NCBI RefSeq assembly: GCF_011745625.1
Contig: NW_027191465.1
Location: 434,001-498,000, forward strand
Direction: 5' to 3'
Length of the DNA stretch: 64,000 nucleotides
DNA from: Cladosporium halotolerans
Lineage: Eukaryota
Positions 55,806 to 64,000 of this stretch are shown here, one piece after another. Position numbers and translations under genes: made by a program. Every line of letters begins with the position of its first letter. Positions within the stretch are counted from its first letter, which is position 1. A model generated the notes under the pieces. The model had not been told where the DNA came from. It did no database searches and was given only the letters and a program-made list of their open reading frames with translations.

Positions 55806-58460
55806 CTAGCGACCTGAAGCGCCCAACTTCGCGGCCAAGATAGCGATGTCCGTCCGCGCGCCCTCATCCTCGAGCAGGATTCGCTTCAAGTTGTTCAGCT
55901 TCTCCTCGCCGATTTGCGGGTCCGCAGAAAGGATCTGCTGCGCCGAAGGCGTGAACTGCAAGTCGCCCAAGATTTGTGCCGCGAGTGGATTGTGGATGGC
56001 GGGCTGTGGCGGGTAGGCAGGCGCCGGTGGGAATCCCTGTGGCGCAGGAGCCTGCTGCTGCTGAGGCATTGGGTATTGCTGCTGTTGTTGATGCGGGTAG
56101 GTGGGCGGGGTGTTGGCAGACGGCTGCTGAGGCGAAGGCTGGTATGGGTTTGGTGGCAGCGGGCTATTGGGACCGCCGTATGGACCGGGTGCAGGTGAGA
56201 ACTGAGGCCCAGAAGACTGCAAGGGAGATCCTTGGGGTCCGGCCACCGAGTTACGCATGTGTTGCGGCAGGTGATGACCGTTCGTGGGCTGCTGCGGCGT
56301 TTCTTGTATGGCCTCAGAGTTATGTGAAGGCTGCGCTGTGGCCGGTGTGGGAGTATCGTTAGCACGTGCTACCACGAAAGTGGCCAGGAGGAGACGCTCC
56401 TCAATTGGTCGCTTGAGAGTGCAGTGCTCCAGCATCTCGACATGATCGGGAAGCTTGCCGCCGGGCTCAATCGGAATGATGTAGAGATCCTTGACCAGTG
56501 AAGGCTTGTCTTTGTTGACGACCGCATATCGTGAGCGTGTGGCAAAGTAGTCAAAGAATTGCTGAAACGCCGCTGCATCGTCATAGGGCGTGAATGCAAG
56601 GACGGACACGTCTGAAGAGCTGCTCCACTGCAAACCACACAGGTATTCCTCTGCCTTTTGAATCTGCAATCGGCCGTCGATGTTGAGCTTATCTGGGAGC
56701 ATCTGCTTCCACGGTATGGTGAGAGCGACATCACGCCCAGCCACGAAGCGCGCGTTGACAGTGGGTTCGCTATCCCCGGAGCTCTGGACAAGTTTGCCGC
56801 GCCACACAATGCTGTCTGCACCAGACGGTTCAGCTGGCGCATAGTTGTCATCATCATCTTCGGCTAGCATGCGATCAACATCGGCGTCCTCTTTCGCCCC
56901 GTCGGCCGCTTGGTGCTGCACCGAGCTTCGTCTTCTGGGTGGCACTTGCATGGGTCGGGGAGCATTTTGTTGCGTTGGTGATTGCGCGGTCTTTGCCCAA
57001 ATGCTGTTCACGTCGAACTGTTGGCTTGATGTTCTTCTTCCATGGCCAGAGTCGGACTTCTTGGTATCGACTGTGAGGGGTGTCTGAGCAGGTTGACTAG
57101 GTGAGCCTGCTCCCTCACGAGTTGGGCTCATTCCGGCCATTTCAGCGTCTGATACACTGTGCCGTACTGGGCGAGCAACTGGCGCCGAGCTTGTCGATGC
57201 AGACTCATCCTCGATCAATTCATCGCCTTTGTGCGTGCGCCTGTACCGCGGGCCAGCGTCCTTTTGGTCGATTGTGGCATGCCTGTCGGCTTCTGCCTTC
57301 ATGGCCGCCCTTTCCTGTTGCATTTTCTCGCTTGCCATGTCGCTCGACTGCATAGTGGCCATGCTATCGGGCGTCATCGCTCCAGACAGAAGCTCTAGTA
57401 TCAAGGTCTTGTTTTGCTTCAGGTTTGCATGCAGCATCCTGAACTGAGCAGCGTAATTCTTATTTGCTGGCCCTTCGTGATGCATCTGCAAGGCATACTC
57501 AATCTTGGATGCGTAGCGATCACCCAGAGATTTGGTCGTTTGGCCATCGGGTATTCTATACGAGCCGGCCTTCACTTGCTCTGTGATGCTCTCCGCAATG
57601 ATCTTGCTGAGTGCGACAGCAATATTCTGTCGCTCTTTCGGCAGCTTTTCAATCGAGACCAGTGCCGTGTCTGGGTCCTCAGATGCTGATTTGGCGGTCC
57701 CTGACTTGCGACGCTTGTCTTGACGCGCCCCTTTGGTGGGCTTGTCCTCTGCAGGCGCTTCCGAACCTTCCTTGGTTGACACTTCAGACTCTCTCTTGCG
57801 CTTGTTACCACTCTCTTTGCTGTCGGGCGCCGGTGTTGGCGTGGGCTTCTGCTCTTCAACAGCGCTCTCCTCTCTGAGATCCCTCTTCAACCAGCCCGGC
57901 TTGCCGCTTTTGGACTTGCGGCTGCGGCTCATCTTCTTCTCTTGAGCGTATATTTTGTTTCTGGTCTCCCAAATCTTGTCTCCATTCTTGATTGCTGCAA
58001 CAGTCTCTTCGTGCTCTTCGGGTCTACACTGCTCGCAGAAGTAGTGTTCGCCAACTTCATCCTCATCCTCCGGCACGCCCATGCATATGTTGTGCTGCCA
58101 GACAGAGCAGGCGTCGCAGGAGACAAACGCGCGCTTATCATTCTCGTCGTCATTTCCGCAAATGCAGCGGATCACGTCTTCTTCGTCGTCCTCTTCCTCT
58201 TTAACTTGCTGTGAGGCTGCCGCCTTCTTGCTCTGCTTGCCAGCGGCACCTTTTGCAGGCTTGGGCGTGGGCGCTGGCGAGGTAGACGCGTTCTTGTGTT
58301 GGCCTTTGGTCGCACGGCCTGAGCGGCGCGGTTCGTCTATTCTGCTGTCAGTATTGGCTCACTGCTGATCCGTCCTCGCGCCTCCAGCCTGCCGGCGGCG
58401 ATACGCGTACGCGTTCTGGGAGGTGGTGGACGCGATTGATGGGACATGCTCACCTGCCAT
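55806..58460 (-). CDS. BYE1: Transcription factor Bye1 (PHD, TFIIS-M, SPOC), intron 58337-58453
   Basis: Spliced start MA-DEPRRSGRATKGQH. PHD IRCICG..CDACSVWQH..C..YFCEQC. Central TFIIS-like region with RRTHKG. SPOC-like VWRG..IDGRL..YL..KDLYIIP. Confidence 0.88.
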
Positions 58461-59094
58461 GGCTGCTGAATCGCACTATGCTCGACTGGATTCTATGGCC
58501 GTAGAGATAGTCGCGGGAGTGGGATGCGACGAAGAAACGCGAGGAGTGGAAACAATTTCACACAACAGATCTAGCTAGGCGGGCTTGCGCCGCTTGATGG
58601 CAGGGCCGCTAAGGGCACGTCACGATACGGCAGCTACGCCACCGGGTGATTTCTGCCTTCGCGATCACCGTGCGATCCTCCAAAGTCCTACGCGACGATG
58701 TTCCACGTCGTCGCTCTCGAGTGTAGGCGGGCGGCGGGGCACGCGACCGTCTCTGCGCACTGCAGCTGACGTCGGCGATCTTATTCTCCAGACCAGGCTC
58801 TTCGTGCGCCAGGGAAAGTCGAGTAGATCCGATTGAGCTTCCTGAAGGGTTTTGTCGCGGTGGTGGTGTTTCGCTGGTGGGGACAAGAGGGCGGAAGTCG
58901 ATAAGGCACAGAACACGCGAAGCGGAGGCACGTCGACTCGAGCTGCGGGACTGCGGATGAGGCCCGAGCGTCTGCTTCTACCCCGGTCGCGGCTTATGAA
59001 GAGCATCTTGCATCTGTCATGTGATTTCGCGTTTTGATGTCGTCACGGTAAGGTTCGGGGAAAAAAGATCACACATCAAGTTACAACACAGATC

Positions 59095-59991
59095 ATGGCC
59101 TCAGAAGACCCTCGTGCGCTCTTGCGCGCTGCTCGCAAAGAGCGCCGTGTCGTGCATCCTCACGCCTCCTATACGTCAACCGGGAACCTACTCTGCAACC
59201 TCTGCGAATGCCCGATCAAGTCAGAAGCTGCATGGGGCACACATTTACATTCTACAGGACACACATTGCGCCTTAGTCGGGAGCAAGATGCGGCTGCGGC
59301 GCGCAAAGCAGAGGCTGGAAACGGGAAGAAACGAAAGGCACGCAGTCCGGTAGAAGGAGAAGACTCGGACAGCGAAGAACGCAAACGAGCAAAAGGATCA
59401 GTTCCTGGCCAAGCGGCAACAACCAACCAAACGGTCCCTGGTGCGCAGAATGCACCTACGCGCGCACCGGCTGCTGAAACAAAACCGTCCCAGCAGGAGC
59501 ACGATGCGGCTGAGCTGGACGCTTTAGAGGCTGATCTTGCTGCCATGGAACGGGAAAGCAGGGCGAACGCTGCACGCGAGAGCTTTACCATCTCTGCTCC
59601 AGCACAATCTGCGGACGATCTGGCTGCACAAGCGCGGGAAGAGCAATCGACGCAACGCGGGCGACGGGATGCGGAGCTCGAGGAAGAAAGGGAGGATGCA
59701 GCGCGAGCGTTGGAGGATGAGTTCGCAGAGATGCAAACTCTCGAAGGTAGGGTCAAGAAGCTTAGGGAGAAAAGGGAACTGCTTAGAGCTGGAAAATTGG
59801 AGGAAGCCAACGGAAGCGCAGAAGGAGTTCATGGAGACGGTGCCGGGGACAGTCCGGATCCTGATCGAACAGGAGTGGATGCCAAGAGCAAAGCCGGACA
59901 CAACGAAGACAACGATGCTGCATACGATGAAGACGATGATGACGATGACGACGACGACGGGTTTGATGACTGGACCTTCGGAGCGCGTTGA
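59095..59991 (+). CDS. ZNF830/CCDC16-like zinc-finger coiled-coil protein, 298 aa
   Basis: HPHASYTSTGNLLCNLC...IKSEAAW..HLHSTGH finger, TISAP, coiled coil LEGRVKKLREKRE, acidic tail ending DDW. Confidence 0.8.
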   Translation: MASEDPRALLRAARKERRVVHPHASYTSTGNLLCNLCECPIKSEAAWGTHLHSTGHTLRLSREQDAAAARKAEAGNGKKRKARSPVEGEDSDSEERKRAKGSVPGQAATTNQTVPGAQNAPTRAPAAETKPSQQEHDAAELDALEADLAAMERESRANAARESFTISAPAQSADDLAAQAREEQSTQRGRRDAELEEEREDAARALEDEFAEMQTLEGRVKKLREKRELLRAGKLEEANGSAEGVHGDGAGDSPDPDRTGVDAKSKAGHNEDNDAAYDEDDDDDDDDDGFDDWTFGAR

Positions 59992-60393
59992 GATCAAGTG
60001 ATATGCGATCCGTGATGGCTTGGCGTATTCAGCGAATCAAGGCTTGTTTGAACCGCCGAGCAATGCTCGAAAACTAGCTTGCACGGGGTTCCGCAGGATA
60101 CTGGAAAAATACGCTCGTTCATCAAAGGAAGGCGCCTCCAAATGCGGACATAAAGTCATAGTAATCACAGCTTCTAATACAAATTAATCCAGGCTTGACG
60201 CAACATCTCTCAAGTTCATTTGTTTCTTCTTAACCTCCAGCTGGATCAAATACTCAAAGCATTTTGAGCACGAGGCGACTTACACACATATAAAATATAC
60301 ACGCCAAAGCGGTAGGGTATCTCGAGCTCAAACGCGACGCGACGCAAAGAAAACGGCTGCGCTTCCAATGCCGATGCAACCAACTCCTACGTA

Positions 60394-61016
60394 TCACATC
60401 CGACCCAGGCCCACTTTTGAGCCTTTCCTGACCGAACCTGACAGTGCGGTGTCTCTCAATTGTCCCATATCCATGACGAGTGCACCTTTTTGCAGTGGCT
60501 TAATGTGTGTGACGGAGCCTGATTCAGTCGAAGTGACACTGTCGAGCCAGGCTTGTTCGTCTGCTTCTTCAGCCCCTTGATTACCATTCGTGATTGTAGA
60601 CTCGCTACCAACATCTTCGTTTTTGCCTCGGACAGAATTATACGGCGACAGGTGATTGTTGATTGTCACTGCGTTGGGGTGTAAGACATCGATCATGCTC
60701 CTGTGAACGGAGGCGTCAGTCGGTCATATGTTTTGCTAGAGACACGAGACATACTCAGTGGCTTGCATGGTGATCCGGTTCAGCGCTTCCCTTTCCCGCT
60801 CCAGCTCTTCCTCGTCTGGCTGTGCTACCTCATCTTCGCCAGCAGCGCCGTATCGGACTGTCTGTCCATCATCCAGCAACGGATCAGACTCGTCAATCTG
60901 CTGTTTGAGAGTCAGCTCGTGTCATGTGGGCAATCCCGACTTGTCTAGCACAGAGTGTGACCAACCTCTCGCGAGGGATGACGGTTCAGGCCGAGACAGG
61001 AAGCGCAGATGCCCAT
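60394..61016 (-). CDS. Ego1/LAMTOR1-like (EGO/Ragulator anchor) protein, ~167 aa, introns 60901-60965 and 60701-60754
   Basis: Spliced protein begins MGICASCLG (Gly2, Cys4, Cys7 acylation pattern), then ESDPLL dileucine and EREALNRITMQATESMIDV. The 504-nt spliced CDS is in frame. The ORF track shows only the last exon. Confidence 0.78.
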
Positions 61017-62129
61017 TGGGGATGCAGGCTTCTTTCTCTACTCGGAAAGGTCGCCCGCATGCATAACGGGTGCAAATCCGCGCTCGAGCTTTTAGTCAGC
61101 CAATTGCAAAGGAGTGAAGTGTGAAACTAAAGGAAGGTGGTATGTATTGGCTATGCAGGTTGCCTGACATCACGGTGGTGAAGTCGAGCTTGCATGAACG
61201 CATCGTCAGCACCGCGTGTCACGTGATAAACGTTTGTCGGCTGTCTTCAGCCTGTCTTCACCCTCCACGTTGTCCCTCTCTTCCAAGCAAACCTCTCACC
61301 ACACCATCTCATGTACGCTCGCCTTCACTATCCAATGGCTTTGCGCTTGTTCTTTCCAAACATTAGCGACACAATTGAGCACATGCATGATGTTCGCAGA
61401 AATCTTTGGCCCGCATAGAGGGTCCCGAGGTCAAGGCCTTGGACGCGTCTCGTCGCACCATCAAACTCCACTGCATCCCTTCTTTTCCCTTCATCACTGG
61501 AAAACTCTGAACATATGCGTTTGGTTTCGAGCTCTGCGCGCCGCTTTTCCGAGCACGTTTTAGTTGCCTAGTTCTTCGAGGTGTGGTGGCCACCACAGGA
61601 ATGTGAACTGTGCAAGGAACCGTGCGCCGTGGGAGGTTGACTTAGGCTCACATCGCAGCATTCCAGCAAGGGAGGCCGGAGATGTTCGCTAATTTCGCAT
61701 AACTCCTCGCCTCTGAGAATGGAAACACCACCATCTTCTCTGACTGATCCTTGTAAGTGACGTCTCTCCCGTGCACATGGCGGGTAAAGCACTCTTGAAA
61801 CCTCGCAATACCCACCATCAGTCACGAAGGAGCGTTGCACATCTCGTACTCGGCTACCCCATTCCGTATGCCGCCTCAGCCTCCCGTCTGTCACAAACCT
61901 ACCAGCCTCTGCAAGGCAAGCTACTGGATAGTGGCTAGCAGGAAACTTGCACTGGCTATGGCTTGGATGCCCATTTACTTATAGATCGCACAAGCATCCC
62001 TAGCCGGTAGCAGAGGATTTTATATCAGACAGTTCCGAATGTCAAGCGCCGAAACCATATGAACACTCATCACAGCTTCAATTATATTCCAGCATCGAGT
62101 GGAAACTCATCAGTTTGTGGCGTGTCGCC

Positions 62130-64000
62130 ATGAAGAACTCCACCGCAGTGGCCTTGAGCCTCTGCCTATGTTTCAACATCGCCAACGCCCGCATCCCGCA
62201 TTCGTACCGACAGCTGCAGGAAAGAAACGATGAGGTCACATCTCATGAGAGCTTCTTAGCCTGGGCCAGTCGGCTTTTCAAGAGGCAAAACGAAGCACAG
62301 GGTACAAGTCAGGACGTTTGCCTCCAAGATGAATACTATGTCTTCGTAACGAACAGCTCCTTCGGTGAAAACTTTTGCGAACTTCTCGGGATCGACTACC
62401 CCAACCGCACAGTCGTCGTTGATTATACACCTGTGGTGTAGGTATTGGTTTACCTAGCCGCCTTGAAAAACATCTGACATGCCCTAGTACGATGACCGAT
62501 TTGAGAACTGTCGTCGAGACAGAGACGGACCTTGTGCGCACAACACCGGTCACTGTCGTCACGACTACCGTCACCCCGGAAGGAATAGAAGAGCGCGACG
62601 CCCGGATCACTCCAATGCCTCGCAACGCATGGTTCATGGCAAAGAGTGATTATATCAATCTGTTCCGCAGGCAGGCGGAAAATTCGACAGCTCTACCCGA
62701 GGATGACAACGAGATCGCGTTATCATTAAGCAGCGCATGCTCGTGTCAAGGCTACGTCGAGACCACAATCACTGAAACATACACCAACTTGCCCAACGTA
62801 AGTCTTCCACTAATATCGCTGATCTCGAGGGATGCCATACTAATTCAACCAAGTTCGTCACGCTTTTTGGTTTCGTTCAAACGACAACTACTGTGTTCAG
62901 TACACGCGTCGAGCGTGAAATCACGTCCACTGTTACCGTCACAGCTTCTCCGATAACCGCACAGCCTCCATCTGCAACTGGTAATGGCCTAAGCTCGTCA
63001 TATGTGAACGCCAATTCTTCCGTCATCAAGCCGTCAAGCGCCAGTCAGGGGCTTCCTGTAACTGAAGGGCTCCCCGGTTACAGCAGCTTTTTCGTCCAAA
63101 CTACCGGAGTACCTCAAGGGACGCCAAGCCTGGATCTACCCACTTCAACTAATGGTACCACGCCCTCCGGCCCGGATCCGACTGCGCCACCATTCACTTG
63201 TCCTGAAGACGATGCCGAAATGATCAGTCAAATGCTTGGTAACGAGCGATTTGATTATGACGTCTTTTGCGACACTGACTTGCCAGATGCGCCTGAACTC
63301 TCTCCCGAGCTCAAGCTGACATACGACACATTTGCGGAGTGCGTCGCCTCTTGCTCCTATGCGAACGCCCAATTTGATCAACCGGTATGCCAAGGTGTTT
63401 CTTACTTTGGAAGGAGTTCAGAGGACGGAAACTGCTTTTTGAAGTCTGCTGCGAACGAAAGCGAGAGCGTGACAACCGACGGCGTTGCCGTTGCCATACT
63501 GCGAAGCATTGCTGTCGGCCATGATAACGGAAATGGCACCACCACTGAACTAGTGTCATTCAGCACTGAGACGCCAACTATGGACCCGGCGGAGATGGGG
63601 TCGATGATCGCTTCCACGATGGGCAGCAGCGTGTCAACTATGCCCATCATAACACCGCCTCCAGGCCCCATACTCAGTGGTCGTCCAGCGCTCAACGGCG
63701 TCACCGCGTATTCAACGTACGTTGCGAACGGAACCACCTTCTCGACCGGCTCAGCCTTTTCTACAAATGTGTCTAGCAATGGGGGCTGGTATTATACCTA
63801 CTACTCCTCTTTCTCTCTCGCATGGGTCAACTCAGCTACGGTTTATGCAGTTGGTGAGACGGCGGTACCCATCGCGTACAATAGCTCTGGAGTCACTGAG
63901 CAGCACGACGGCGCAGATGGTCAGTATAGTGTCCTAAGCTTCAGCAATTACACCGAGATATCGTATGAGCCGGATCAGACAGTCTACAAAACGACCGAGC
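62130..64000 (+). CDS. Secreted Ser/Thr-rich protein with a PAN/apple-like Cys domain; 3'-partial; introns 62438-62487 and ~62798-62853
   Basis: Signal peptide MKNSTAVALSLCLCFNIANA, Kex2-like KR/RR-Q sites, LSSACSC, and FTCP..YDVFCDTD..FAECVASC..CQGVSY..NCFLKS. The frame appears open to the window end. Confidence 0.75.

Noticed and set aside
59925..59970. GAY trinucleotide run
   Set aside because: Encodes the ordinary poly-Asp tail of the ZNF830-like protein.
1..64000. Transposons, RIP-degraded AT-rich blocks, tRNA/rRNA, CRISPR arrays
   Set aside because: No transposase or RT motifs, long AT-rich tracts or periodic repeats were seen by eye; small RNA genes could have been missed without a covariance search.

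Overview
Eukaryotic, filamentous-ascomycete genomic DNA, judged from short GT-AG introns with CTRAY branch points and fungal gene families; the species cannot be read from the sequence. About 21 protein-coding loci; no rRNA, tRNA, CRISPR or recognisable transposon. The left ~48 kb is an accessory, secondary-metabolism-type region: three adjacent P450s of different families, a secreted DUF1254/DUF1214 protein, a frameshifted GNAT-like gene, a MobA-like flavin monooxygenase, a ~5,630-aa NRPS divergently paired with an ABCC transporter, a membrane protein, a disrupted Zn2Cys6 regulator, a diaminopropionate ammonia-lyase followed by a decayed M20 domain, a secreted beta-lactamase-fold hydrolase, an amino-acid permease and an MFS pump. 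The right ~16 kb holds mostly housekeeping-type genes: lipase, DUF726, SMP-C2, BYE1, ZNF830-like, Ego1/LAMTOR1-like, and a secreted PAN-domain protein running off the window. The main lead is the NRPS. It has the Pes1/HcpA (fungisporin) layout but only three A domains for four intact carrier domains, with the family's displaced A domain absent in frame. It also has a triplicated basic C-terminal tail and a strongly self-complementary 286-nt intron. All family assignments are by-eye motif recognition, not database searches.
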